Assembly: GCA_002269645.1 (NCBI GenBank) | Contig: NIVC01000461.1 | Span: 434,001 to 498,000 of the forward strand | Direction of reading: 5' to 3' | Length of the DNA: 64,000 nt | DNA from: Macrostomum lignano | Lineage: Eukaryota | Part shown: in pieces, positions 24,329-38,488 of the stretch | How the letters are laid out: the number at the start of each line of letters is the position of its first letter | How positions within the stretch are numbered: the stretch's first letter is position 1 | The notes under the pieces: model-generated | Told to the model about the DNA's origin: nothing | The model's database searches: none | Seen by the model: only the letters and a program-made list of their open reading frames with translations | Program-made: the position numbers and the translations under genes

Positions 24329-27300
24329 CTAGAAATCATTGTCCCATCCAGAAATCTCGTCGGGCGGAATGCTGACCCGGGGCTCGAATTTGTCAAAGTT
24401 TGACGCATCGTTTGGTCCTCGAATCTAAAGTATTAGAAAAGCAATTTCATTTTAATGCGGTTTTTGTTTTTATGCAAGTGTTGCCGTGTTGAAGTACGAA
24501 TTGAGTTGGGTATTAATGCAGGGAGTTGAGGTGGGTGTTAAGCCAGGGAGTGAGTTGGGTGATCAGGCACGGAGTGGGGTGGGTGATCAGGCATGGAATG
24601 AGGTGGGTGTTAAGCCAGGGAGTGAGGTGGGTGTTCAGAAACGGAGTGAGTTGGGTGATCACGCACGGAGTGGGGTGGGTGATCAGGCATGGAATGAGGT
24701 GGGTGTTAAGCCAGGGAGTGAGGTGGGTGATCAGGCACGGAGTGAGGTGGGTGTTAAGCTAGGGAGTGAGGTGGGTGTTCATGCACTGAATGAGCTGGGT
24801 GATCAGGCACGGATTGGGGTGGGTGATCAGGCATGGAATGAGGTGGATGTTAAGCCAGGGTAGGTTAACTCAGTGAGGTGGGTGATCAGACACGCAGTGA
24901 GGTTGGTGATCAGGCACGGAGTGAGGTAGGTGATCAGGCACGGAGTGAGGTTGGTGATCAGGCACGGAGTGAGGTTGGTGATCAGGCACGGAGTGGGGTG
25001 GGTGATCAGGCACGGAGTGAGGTGGGTGTTAAGCTAGGGAGTGAGGTGGGTGTTCAGGAACGGAGTGAGTTGGGTGATCAGGCACGGATTGGGGTGGGTG
25101 ATCAGGCATGGAATGAGGTGGGTGTTAAGCCAGGGAGTGAGGTGGGTGATCAGGCACGGAGTGGGGTGGGTGATCAGGCATGGAATGAGGTGGGTGTTAA
25201 GCCAGGGAGTGAGGTGGGTGATCAGGCACGGAGTGAGGTGGGTGTTAAGCTAGGGAGTGAGGTGGGTGTTAAGCTAGGGAGTGAGGTGGGTGTTAAGCTA
25301 GGGAGTGAGGTGGGTGTTCAGGCACTGAATGAGCTGGGTTAATTTCACTAAAGAAGAGTTTATCAGAAAAGGTAAACTCTAAAATCCAAAAGCTACGCCA
25401 CCCAACCTTAGGCCGCAGTGGCGGCACGATGGACATTCGTCGAAGTCCGGCCCAGTCGAAGCCTTGGAACCACTTGTGCTTCCTGACGTCGGCGATGCCG
25501 CCACTGCCGCTTCCGAGCCGTTCAGAGGGCGACTCCTTGCATAGGCGCTTGATCAAGGCCCTGGCGCTCTTGCCAACCACCGGTGGGAATTCTACGGCTC
25601 CGATGCCGCGTAGGATGGCGCCGTAGATTTTCATGGAGTCTGGCGCCGTGAATGGCGGACTGCGGTTTTACGAGGGATATGTGGCTGGCATTTAGCTGGT
25701 GGGGTCATTAGACAGTATCGGGAGCTCTGCTTGTGCTCTCAGTGTGTGTGTGTGTGTGTGTGTCGATATGATGGAGTGTCGATGTTATGGAGTGTCGATA
25801 TGATGGAGTGTCGATATGATGGAGTGTCGGTGTTATGGAGTGTCGATATGATGGAGTGTCGATATGATGGAGTGTCGGTGTTATGGAGTGTCGATATGAT
25901 GGAGTGTCGATATGATGGAGTGTCGATATGATGGAGTGTCGGTGTTATGGAGTGTCGATATGATGGAGTGTCGATATGATGGAGTGTCGGTGTTATGGAG
26001 TGTCGATATGATAAGTGTCGGTGTTATGGAGTGTCGATATGATGGAGTGTCGATGTTATGGAGTGTCGATATGATAAGTGTCGATATGATGGAGTGTTGG
26101 TGTTATGGAGTGTCGATATGATGGAGTGTCGATATGATGGAGTGTCGATATGATGGAGTGTCGATGTTATGGAGTGTCGATATGATAAGTGTCGATATGA
26201 TGGAGTGTTGGTGTTATGGAGTGTCGATATGATGGAGTGTCGATATGATGGAGTGTCGATATGATGGAGTGTCGATATGATGGAGTGTCGGTGTTATGGA
26301 GTGTCGATATGATAAGTGTCGGTGTTATGGAGTGTCGATATGATGGAGTGTCGGTGTTATGGAGTGTCGATATGATGGAGTGTCGATATGATGGAGTGTC
26401 GGTGTTATGGAGTGTCGATATGATGGAGTGTCGATATGATGGAGTGTCGGTGTTATGGAGTGTCGATATGATAAGTGTCGGTGTTATGGAGTGTCGATAT
26501 GATGGAGTGTCGGTGTTATGGAGTGTCGATATGATGGAGTGTCGGTGTTATGGAGTGTCGGTAAGCCTGTGTCGGTGCGAAGTCCGTCAGCGTGTACAAG
26601 CTCATTACTGCCTCACCTGCCGGTGAGAAGCTCAAACAGCAGGATGCCAATCTGCCAGATGTCGGTGGGGAAGCTGTGGCCCTTGTTGAGAATGACCTCC
26701 GGGCTGACGTACTCTGGGGTGCCGCAGAAGGTCCACGTCTTCTTTCCCGGCCCGATCGCTTTAGCGAAGCCGAAGTCGCACTGCAGTGGATAAAAATAAA
26801 TTCAGCATGGCTACTTTTTTTACAACTTTTGACTGATCTTAGCCGTAACTCCTCAGAATCCAAATGATGACCCATCAGAATCCGCCTCAGAATCCATCAG
26901 AATCCGCCTCAGAATCCATCAAAATCCGCCTCAGAATCCATCAGAATCCGCCTCAGAATCCATCAAAATCCGCCTCAGAATCCATCAGAATCCGCCTCAG
27001 AATCCACCTCAGAATCCACCTCAGATTCCACCTCAGATTCCACCTGTGAATCCACCTCTGAATCCACCTCAGAATCCACCTTAAAATCCATCTCAGAATC
27101 CATCAGAATCCATCTCAGAATCCATCAGAATCCACCTCAGAATCCATCAGAATCCACCTCAGAATCCACCTCAGAATCCACCTTAAAATCCATCTCAGAA
27201 TCCATCAGAATCCATCTCAGAATCCATCAGAATCCACCTCAGAATCCATCAGAATCCACCTCAGAATCCAAATGATAACCCATCAGAATCCACCTCAGAA

Positions 27301-30300
27301 TCCAAATGATAACCCATCAGAATCCACCTCAGAATCCACCTCAGAATCCACCTCAGATTCCACCTTAGATTCCAAATGATAACCCATCAGAATCCACCTC
27401 AGAATCCAAATGATAACCCATCAGAATCCACCTCAGAATCCACCTCAGAATCCACCTCAGATTCCACCTTAGATTCCAAATGATAACCCATCAGAATCCA
27501 CCTCAGAATCCAAATGATAACCCATCAGAATCCACCTCAGAATCCAAATGATAACCCATCAGAATCCACCTCAGAATCCACCTCTGAATCCACCCCAGAA
27601 TTCATCAGAATCCGCCTTAGAATCCAACAGATTCCACCTCAGATTCCGCCTCTGAATCCACCTCTGAATCCACCTCAGAATTCACCTGAGATTCCACCTC
27701 AATCCACCTCAGAATCCACCAGAATCCACCAGAATCCACCTCAGAATTTCTAGTTAACTGAATAGAATCTATTAAAAGTCCAACGCGGAATGCACCGCAC
27801 AATGTACTGAAAATCTACAAGCACATTCGCTGCTAAAACGACCGAATAGGCGCGCACCAGTTTCACGTAGCCCTGATTATCCAGCAGCAGATTCTCCGGC
27901 TTGAGGTCCCTGAAGATGATGCCTCGGTCGTGCAGGTGCTGGAATGCCTCCAATACGCAGGCGACAACAAAGCGGGACGTGCTCTCGTCGAAATTGCCGC
28001 TGAAAAGTTTTGAGAATTCGATTTTCAGGATGCAAATGTATCGATTGCGCAATTATATATCTAGCTGGATAATTGCTCAGCGACCAGCGACTCACACATT
28101 GCGCAACACGGTCCAGACTTCGCCGCCCAGGCAGACCTCCATCAGCATGTACACAAACTTGGCGTCCCTGAAGGTCTTGTAGAGTCTGAAATGATTGATT
28201 GATTCCATTGTGCAGAGTCGAAGCCTCTTAGAATGAATAGGTTCCTAAATAGCAAGCAAACTAAACTAAACATTTTCCTTCCATCCTACTATTAGTAAAA
28301 ATGCAAGAAAACAGCAGATAATTTAATATCAATTTAATTTAACTAATTTAACAAAATGCAACTTGCAGCAGACTATGCACATTTAAAATCTGTCTTACCT
28401 GCAGATAAAATTGGATCTGGCATTAAACAGGATAGTCCTCTCGGAGAGGATGTGCTCCTGCTGTTTTGTGCGCACAATGTGCTGCTTTTTCAGGCACTTC
28501 AAAGCGAACGTGAACTCCGGATTCTTCTTCCAGGACACCTGTTGGCAGAGGGTGGGAAAACAGCGCCAGATATTATAATTTAAATAATCTAGGGGAAAAC
28601 TACTAATAGTAGGCTGAATGCACATTCTCGCATGTCGGCGTCAAACCGATTATTCGTGTGTGACAATGAATAATAATATTATCACAGCGGGCAGCCTGGC
28701 AGGTACACTGTCTCTCATGGCTTTAAATCGCACGACAAGACACTGAAGGGGAATCGGGAAGGGTATTCAGAGACTGGAGGGGAATCGAGAAGGGTATTCA
28801 GAGACTGGAGGGGAATCGGGAAGGGTATTCAGAGACTGGAGGGGAATCGGAAGGGTATTCAGAGACTGGAGGGGAATCGAGAAGGGTATTCAGAGACTGG
28901 AGGGGAATCGGGAAGGGTATTCAGAGACTGGAGGGGAATCGGGAAGGTTATTCAGAGATTGGAGGGGAATCGGGAAGGGTATTCAGAGACTGGAGGTGAA
29001 TCGGGAAGGGTATTCAGACTGGAGGGGAATCAGGAAGGATATTCAGAGACTGGAGCGGAATCGGGGAAGGGTATTCAGAGACAGTCAAGTGGAAATGAAG
29101 GGTAGCTCACCAGCTCAACCCGGCCAAAGCCGCCAATGCCCAGCGTGCACTCCATCACCAGGTCGCTCAGTTCGATCTTGCTGAAAGCTTCATTCACAGC
29201 CGGCATTTGCTTTGTTGGCGTCACGCTGTGGAGCAGTAGAGCAAGAGGGAAGGCGTTAAACGTTATTTTTGTTCTCATGCTTAACCTCCTCACCTCCTCA
29301 CATCCTCACTCAGCCACACCATCACTCAGTCACACCGTCACCCAGTCATGCCGTCACTCAGTCACACCGTCACTCAGTCACACCGTCACTCAGTCACACC
29401 GTCACTCAGTCACACCGTCACTCAGTTACACCGTCACTCAGCCACACCATCACTCAGTCACACCGTCACTCAGTCACACCGTCACTCAGTCACACCGTCA
29501 CTCAGTCACACCGTCACTCAGCCACACCATCACTCAGTCACACCGTCACTCAGTCACACCGTCACTCAGTCACACCGTCACTCAGTCACACCGTCACTCA
29601 GTCACACCATCACTCAGTCACACCGTCACTCAGTCACACCGTCACTCAGTCACACCGTCACTCAGTCACACCGTCACTCAGTCACACCGTCACTCAGTCA
29701 CACCGTCACTCAGTCACACCGTCACTCAGTCACACCGTCACTCAGTCACACCGTCACTCAGTCACACCGTCACTCAGTCACAACTTCTCCAACCTGCAGC
29801 TGCTGCTCTGCCGGTCCTCTGGCGCCAGCCGGTTGCCAACAGCCCCGGCAACGCCCTGCCGGTCCTCTTCGACCGCCTTCTGCTTGAACTCAGTGAGGTC
29901 GCCGATCAGGTGGATGAACGAGCTGATCGAAGGCGGGGTGGGGTTTGAGTTTAGGTGTTCAGGCCCTACTGAGCAATCTCTATAATCGAATCCCGCAACT
30001 GCAAAAACAATTTTGCTGACTCACATTCGATCCAGAGTGAGCACGTGGACTCTGGTCTCGGCGATGCAGCTGGCCGTTCTGCGCTCCTCTCTGCAGCGTT
30101 TCGACAGTGTGGGGGGGATTCGTCAGATCGGCAATCGGATAAACTAACTGGGGACTAAGGGGAGTCACGGACCCCCTTCTACCCGAACCCCTCAACTTAC
30201 TGCAGCAGCGCTCGCTCGCCGAAGCAGTCTCCGGCCTGGAGTGTGCGGATCAGCTGCGAGCTGCCCTGCACTCGGCGGGTGACGCGAACCTGCGGATTGC

Positions 30301-33300
30301 GGGGTGGATTGCTAGACTAGTCAATACGGGCGATTTGGGGAATAGAATGGATTGCTAGACTAGTCAATACGGGCGATTTGGGAAATAGAATGGATTGCTA
30401 GACTAGTCAATACGGGCGATTTGGGAAATAGAATGGATTGCTAGACTAGCCAACATGGCCGGGCGATTTGGGAATAGAATGGATTGCTAGACTAGCCAAC
30501 ATGGGCGATTGGGGAATAGAATGGATTGCTAGACTAGCCAACATGGCCGGGCGATTGGGGAATAGAATGGATTGCTAGACTAGCCAATATGGCCGGGCGA
30601 TTTGGGAATAGAATGGATTGCTAGACTAGCAAACATGGGCGATTGGGGGGGGGAATGGATTGCTAGACTAGTCAATACGGGCGATTTGGGAAATAGAATG
30701 GATTGCTAGACTAGCCAACAACATGGTCGGGCGATTTGGGAAATAGAATGGATTGCTAGACTAGCCAACATGGGCGATTGGGGGGGAATGGATTGCTAGA
30801 CTAGTCAACATGGCTGGGCAATTGGGGAATAGAATGGATTGCTAGACTAGTCAATATGGGCGATTGGGGAATAGAATGGATTGCTAGACTAGTCAATAAG
30901 TACAAAGGATGCCCCATCAGCTCACGGTTCCCTCTTTAATTATGAAGAAGGTGCTGCCATGTTCGCCCTCGCGAACAATGTAAGTTTCCGGGTCGAACGA
31001 GTCCTGCAACGGAGGGGACGGTGAGATGCACTCTACATTTCACACTAAATATAGAACACTGAATTTCAGCAACAGGACGCACCTCCTCAATGGCGTCAGC
31101 TATCCTGCTCAACTTGGAGAGCGGCAGATCTTTTAGAAGCGGGACGCTGAAAAACAAATTCAAATGAAATTGGTCGCTTGCATTGCTTTTGCTTCACTGA
31201 TTGCCTGTTTGAGGGTAGATATCAGCCTAGTGATTGACTGTGAGGGTAGATATCAGCCTAGTGATTGACTGTGAGGGTAGATATCAGCCTAGTGATTGAC
31301 TGTGAGGGTAGATATCAGCCTAGTGGTTGACTGTGAGGGTAGATATCAGCCTAGTGATTGACTGTGAGGGTAGATATCAGCCTAGTGATTGACTGTGAGG
31401 GTAGATATCAGCCTAGTGATTGACTGTGAGGGTAGATATCAGCCTAGTGATTGACTGTGAGGGTAGATATCAGCCTAGTGATTGACTGTGAGGGTAGATA
31501 TCAGCCTAGTGATTGACTGTGAGGGTAGATATCAGCCTAGTGATTGACTGTGAGGGTAGATATCAGCCTAGTGGTTGACTGTGAGGGTAGATATCAGCCT
31601 AGTGATTGACTGTGAGGGTAGATATGAGCAAAGGTGATAAAGGACGCACCTGCTCAAGAAGGCCACATAGCCGCTCTGCTTCTCCAAGCCTGACTTCATC
31701 ATGATGGCCTGGAACACCGTCCTATCCAGGCACCACAGCTTGGCCGAGGTCACCGCTGCAATTTTTATCAAATAGATGGTAGCGCCACTAATTAGCTATT
31801 CGTTTTTCTCGCTAGACTACTAACTGGGGAAGTCAGTAGTCTACTGAGAACGTAAAGCGTATAGCTTCATAAAATTTATTTTCGATAGCCTGAGGTTGAA
31901 TAAATTTCTGATTTATTTTAGCAAACTAAATGAAACAAAAATAAACTCTCACAGTCTCCAAGTATTTTGCTGTCTAACTAAATTTGCCCAACTTTAATTG
32001 GATCGACTCGTAGTATGAGTTCGTGCCGTTTTAATTGAACTCTTCTTTCTCCACTAATCAGCTTTCTCAGCGCTCAGCTTTCTGAGTTTCGTGTTCATTT
32101 TGCTCTCTGCTTCTGGGTTTTTTTCTGCGCCAGACTGTCACACTTGGTACTGCATCAGCTTTCGGAGAAGCCTTGCTCCAGCATCAGTCGGCCCTGCTCA
32201 CCCCTGACCGAGGCGGTGCGGGTGCAGTTGTACAGCAGCGCCAGCTCTCCAAATGCCACGCCGCGGCGGACGCTGCCGAGACTCCGGTTCTCCTGGGTCA
32301 CCTCCAGCTCGCCCTCTGCGGGTGAGGGTGGTTGGGTATCTAGGGTGCGGGTATCTGTTGTGCGGGTATCTGGGTTGCGGGTATCTGTGGTGCGGGTATC
32401 TGTGGTGTGGATATCTGTCGTGTGGATATCTGGGTTGCGGGTATCTGTGGTGCGGGTATCTGTGGTGAGGGTATCTAGGGTGCGGGTATCTGGGGTGCGG
32501 GTATCTGTGGTGCGGGTATCTGTGGTGCGGGTATCTAGGGTGCGGGTATCTGGGGTTCGGGTATCTGTGGTGTGGGTATCTGTGGTGCGGGTATCTGCGG
32601 TGTGGGTATCTAGGGTGCGGGTATCTGTTGTGCGGGTATCTGTGGTGTGGTTATCTGGGTTGCGGGTATCTGGGGTGCGGGTATCTGTGGTGTGGGTATC
32701 TGGGGTGCGGGTATCTGGGGTGCGGGTATCTGGGGTTCGGGTATCTGGGGTTCGGGTATCTAGGGTTCGGGTATCTAGGGTTCGGGTATCTAGGGTTCGG
32801 GTATCTGGGTTCGGGTATCTGTGGAGTCTGTACAATGGCTGCGAATTCTAGACGGGCTGAACCTACCAGAACAAACGTACAAATGTTGACCGGCTTCGCC
32901 CTGTCTGATCACGTGACATCCGGGTGGCACAGTCCTGGAGTACATGCAGGCCACAAGCTGTTCGACCTGCTCGGGCTCCATGCGCTGCAGCAGTTGATTG
33001 TTGTTGATGGCATCACGAATCAGAGCCTTGGACCTGGCGGCAAAATGTGCATAGCAGGGTGCTATTGAGTGATTGAGTAATGAGTGACTGAGTAATGAGT
33101 GATTGAGTAATGAGTGATTGAGTATTGAGTGATTGAGTATTGAGTGATTGAGTAATGAGTGATTGAGTAATGAGTGATTGAGTAATAAGTGATTGAGTAA
33201 TGAGTGATTGAGTAATGAGTGATTGAGTATTGAGTGATTGAGTAATAAGTGATTGAGTAATGAGTGATTGAGTAATGAGTGACTGAGTAATGAGTGATTC

Positions 33301-34970
33301 AGTAATGAGTGATTGAGTATTGAGTGATTGAGTAATAAGTGATTGAGTAATGAGTGATTGAGTAATGAGTGACTGAGTAATGAGTGATTGAGTAATGAGT
33401 GATTGAGTATTGAGTGATTGAGTAATGAGTGATTGAGTAATGAGTGATTGAGTAATGAGTGATTGATTATTGGGTGATTGATTAATGAGTGATTGAGTAA
33501 TGAGTGATTTACTGATGAGTGATTGATTGATTAATGAGTGATTGATTAATGAGTGATTGAGTAATGAGTGATTTACTGATGAGTGATTGATTGATTAATG
33601 AGTGATTGATTAATGAGTGATTGAGTAATGAGTGATTTACTGATGAGTGATTGATTAATGAGTGATTGAGTAATGAGTGATTTACTGATGAGTGATTGAT
33701 TAATGAGTGATTGAGTAATGAGTGATTGAGTGATGAGTGATTTACTGATGAGTGATTGATTAATGAGTGATTGATTAATGAGTGATTGAGTAATGAGTGA
33801 TTTACTGATGAGTGATTGAGTAATGAGTGATTGAGTGATGAGCGATTGAGTAATGAGTGATTGAGTAATGAGTGATTGAGTAATGAGTGATTGAGTGATG
33901 AGCGATTGATTGATTAATGAGTGATTGAGTAATGAGTGATTGAGTAATGAGTGATTGATTGAGTAATGAGTTGTTATCGAAAACTAAAAACTATATTAGA
34001 TGGTCTGGTAGCGAATCGGTATGCGATAGATGTTTACGAGCCCTTAGTAAGATCACCATAGATAGATAGGCTGATAGGTAGATTGTTATATATGAAAAAA
34101 ATTTTCATTAAGCAGATTAGGCAGATAGACCGGTAGATAGACTGTAGATAGACAGGTAGACAGGTAGTAGATGTTTGAGGCAGCAAGTCGTGCTGACTGC
34201 AAGCACAGTACCGAATCGTGATGTAGAAAAGCAGAGGCGAGACAAATAAAAGGAAAAGTAGCAGACGGGGCAAATAGGCGAAAAGTCCCAACAGAATTCC
34301 AACGCAGTGAGAAAAGCTTCGAGCAGACACCTCAGTCTCCGCAGTCGCTACAAGCCGCCGGCCCCCTTCCGGCCCCACGGCATCAGCCCAAGCTACAACC
34401 CCCCGCCGCGTCAGTTGGAGCAGCAGCAAAGCAAGAAATATGATTATGAGGACGAAAGAAATGAGGGCCGTTGACCATTTTTCCATTTTTCAGGCCATGC
34501 TGATGCTGCGAACTTTCTGATCGGTTCTATAGAGGGGGCCATCTGTCACCAGGGGCTGTAGTACCAGGGACTTTAGCACCAGGATCTTTAGTACCAGGGA
34601 CTTTAGCACCAGGGGCTTTAGCACCAGGGGCTTTAGCACCAGGGGCTTTAGTAACAGGGAAACCAGCACCAGGGGCTTTAGTAACAGGGAAACCAGCACC
34701 AGGTTATTTAGCACCAGAGGCTTCAGCACCAGGGCTTTAATACCAGGAACACCAACTTTCAACTGGTCTTTCAGCCTTAATCTTGTGCACAACAGCCCAG
34801 CTTACAGCTTTGTCATAATCAGCCCAATTCTTTGCCATAATAAAGATGCTTATAGCTCATATTTTCCGTTATAGATAGCAATATCATCAGATAGAACTAG
34901 AATATTTGTTTTTCTGTCTGTCAGCAACAAAGAGAATCACGCCTTGCTGTGACAGCGTTTCTTTATCGCT

Positions 34971-35053
<83 letters not shown>

Positions 35054-38000
35054 CGCATCTCCATATCCCCCAGTCTGCCTCCGCAACTCACACCTTTGCC
35101 TTCCCTCACTAACGGCCGCCGGTCAATCGCCCCCAATGCCATACCATTTGCTCTTGTCGCCGAGGTGCAGGAAAAGCCGGGGGGGGGGTTGGCAAGCCGC
35201 GGTTAGAAGAAATCGATTGCATTGTGGCGGAGGTTGTGTGAACGGAGAGAGAGAGAGGCAGAAGAGAGAGACTGAGCTCTCTAATATGCCTTAAACTTCT
35301 CCCAGACCAGTTAAACCTGTTGCCAGGTGGGGCAGGCTGCGGGGGCGACGGGAGATCCCAGGGTTTTGGTTGTTGCGAGAGGATCGGGAGAATCAAACAT
35401 TTATTATTGGGGGGCAGAGTGGCCGAGCTTGGTCGAGAGTTTGAGAGTTTGGAAGAAGTTGAGAAAGAGAAATATGAGCTTTAGGCATGGAGAGCCTCCT
35501 GCTGGGCAGGTGAGGTTCAAGGGGGAGGGAGGGAGTAGAGGGAGGCAGCGAGGGAAGTAGTATTAGAGGGAGGCAGGTTAGGGTAGAGGGAGGCAGGTTA
35601 GGGTAGAGGGAAGCAGGTTAGGGTAGAGGGAGGCAGGTTAGGGTAGAGGGAGGCAGGTTAGAGGTGAAGGGAGGCAGGTTAGAGGTGAAGGGAGGCAGGT
35701 TAGAGGTGAAGGGAGGCAGGTTAGAGGTGAAGGGAGGCAGGTTAGAGGTGAAGGGAGGCAGGTTAGGGGTAGAGAGAGGCAGGTTAGGGGTAGAGAGAGG
35801 CAGGTTAGGGGTAGAGAGAGGCAGGTTAGGGGTAGAGGGAGGCAGGTTAGGGGTAGAGGGAGGCAGGTTAGGGGTAGAGGGAGGCAGGTTAGGGGTAGAG
35901 GGAGGCAGGTTAGGGGTAGAGGGAGGCAGGTTAGGGGTAGAGAGAGGCAGGTTAGGGGTAGAGGGAGGCAGGTTAGGGGTAGAGGGAGGCAGGTTAGGGG
36001 TAGAGGGAGGCAGGTTAGGGGTAGAGGGAGGCAGGTTAGGGGTAGAGGGAGGCAGGTTAGGGGTAGAGGGAGGCAGGTTAGGGGTAGAGGGAGGCAGGTT
36101 AGGGGTAGAGGGAGGCAGGTTAGGGGTAGAGGGAGGCAGGTTAGGGGTAGAGGGAGGCAGGTTAGGGGTAGAGGGAGGCAGGTTAGAGGTAGAGAGAGCT
36201 GTGTAGAGAGGAGGGAAAACGGCAGTCAGTCAGGACCTGCAGAGTTGGAGCAGTAAATTAGGGTTGTGAAGTTCTCCAATGACAAATACGAGTGAATGAA
36301 GGCAGGCTGGCATGCAGCATCCGAGAGCAGGATAAACAGTGCTCAGTGTGTAACTGCACTGCCAGGCCTAAAAGTTGCCAACAGAATGGAACAGAGAATA
36401 AGCATTGTGGACATTCTAATAATGGGAAAAGACCGCGGAAGAGGGGAGCAGAGGACTCAATATCAGGCATCAGTTCTCCATAAGCTGTCGTGTTATAACA
36501 GCAACAGGAAGCGCTTAAGGTTTGCAGAGCGTTGAAAGCAGCGGCTGTGCCTTTAGCCGCGACAAGAGTTGCCTCTCGTCAGAGAGCAGTCAGTGAATCG
36601 CAATCAGCCAGTTCATCTCACTGCACGCCTCTCTTTCTAAGCGGCTCAGAAATCCCATAGGTATTATTCCCCAGGGCCTCCAACCTCCTTCTCAACCAAT
36701 TCTTGTCTCCAAGTTGGGTCGCTCAGTCAGAATTGCCGTAAATGGAAGCGGAGGGCGGGAGAAGGCTGCATGCTCTCTCAGCAGCAAGGGGAGGTGGGTG
36801 GGTGGAGGAAAAATGTATTCTACCCAACCCCATCCCCAATATCAACGCAGCTGCGCCTCTCGGCTCGGGGCCTCTCGCACTTCTCTTAGCCAGCGCACCG
36901 CATATGGAAATTGGAAAGCAAAACCAAACGGCGTCAATCTCGCTTTCTTGTTCTCGCCTTTGACGGCCGGAAAGGTTAATTGCGGCAATAACTGCCCAGT
37001 CATTTGCGCAGAAGGCTTTGAACATTGAAATTTAGAAGTAATGCATTTTGAGTGCTAAAGCCATAGCTCATTGCTTCTCCCCTGCGATTCAATAGTCTGA
37101 ATTCAGCAGGCAGGGCAGTCACACCCAGCAGACTCAGCAGGCAGGGCTCAGTCACACCCAGCAGACTTAGCAGGCAGGGCTCAGTCACACCCTGCAGACT
37201 TAGCAGGCAGGGCTCAGTCACACCCAGCAGACTCAGCAGGCAGGGCTCAGTCACACCCTGCAGACTCAGCAGGCAGGGCTCAGTCACACCCAGCAGACTC
37301 AGCAGGCAGGGCTCAGTCACACCCAGCAGACTCAGCAGGCAGGGCTCAGTCACACCCAGCAGACTCAGCAGGCAGGGCTCAGTCACACCCAGCAGACTCA
37401 GCAGGCAGGGCTCAGTCACACCCAGTAGACTCAGCAGGCAGGGCTCAGTCACACCCAGCAGACTCAGCAGGCAGGGCTCAGTCACACCCAGCAGACTTAG
37501 CAGGCAGGGCTCAGTCACACCCTGCAGACTCAGCAGGCAGGGCTCAGTCACACCCAGCAGACTCAGCAGGCAGGGCTCAGTCACACCCTGCAGACTCAGC
37601 AGGCAGGGCTCAGTCACACCCAGCAGACTCAGCAGGCAGGGCTCAGTCACACCCTGCAGACTCAGCAGGCAGGGCTCAGTCACACCCAGCAGACTCAGCA
37701 GGCAGGGCTCAGTCACACCCAGCAGACTCAGCAGGCAGGGCTCAGTCACACCCAGCAGACTCAGCAGGCAGGGCTCAGTCACACCCTGCAGACTCAGCAG
37801 GCAGGGCTCAGTCACACCCAGTAGACTCAGCAGGCAGGGCTCAGTCACACCCTGCAGACTCAGCAGGCAGGGCTCAGTCACACCCAGCAGACTCAGCAGG
37901 CAGGGCTCAGTCACACCCAGCAGACTCAGCAGGCAGGGCTCAGTCACACCCTGCAGACTCAGCAGGCAGGGCTCAGTCACACCCTGCAGACTCAGCAGGC

Positions 38001-38455
38001 AGGGCTCAGTCACACCCAGCAGACTCAGCAGGCAGGGCTCAGTCACACCCTGCAGACTCAGCAGGCAGGGCTCAGTCACACCCAGCAGACTCAGCAGGCA
38101 GGGCTCAGTCACACCCAGCAGACTCAGCAGGCAGGGCTCAGTCACACCCAGCAGACTCAGCAGGCAGGGCTCAGTCACACCCAGCAGACTCAGCAGGCAG
38201 GGCTCAGTCACACCCAGCAGACTCAGCAGGCAGGCCTCAGTCACACCCAACACTGCCACGTTGCTCCCATTTCGATCGGGCACACTTCCGCTCCATGACT
38301 TGCTGTCCTCTCTTCTCTGCTTTTCTGTCTCCTCCGCTCCGATGCCAACCCAGCAGCCCAGGGCCCTGCTATGCCAAGCGCTCCCCCGCCCTTTGCTTCT
38401 TCCAACTTCCTGCAAAGAGAAAGACACACAGACATACGCATCTCTGCCTCACTGC

Positions 38456-38488
<33 letters not shown>

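Noticed and set aside
29136-29985. Long His/Ser/Thr-rich ORFs ([14 protein letters not shown])
   Set aside because: Antisense to PKG; produced by the 16-bp array.
32144-33068. DTRT / VRVS / GYLG repeat ORFs
   Set aside because: A 15-bp array in PKG intron 2 fused in frame to a real exon.
37000-38427. 475-aa ORF with [11 protein letters not shown] repeats (superficially LRR-like)
   Set aside because: A 33-bp unit without stops in one frame; silent positions are essentially as uniform as the rest, which indicates a DNA array rather than a protein repeat.
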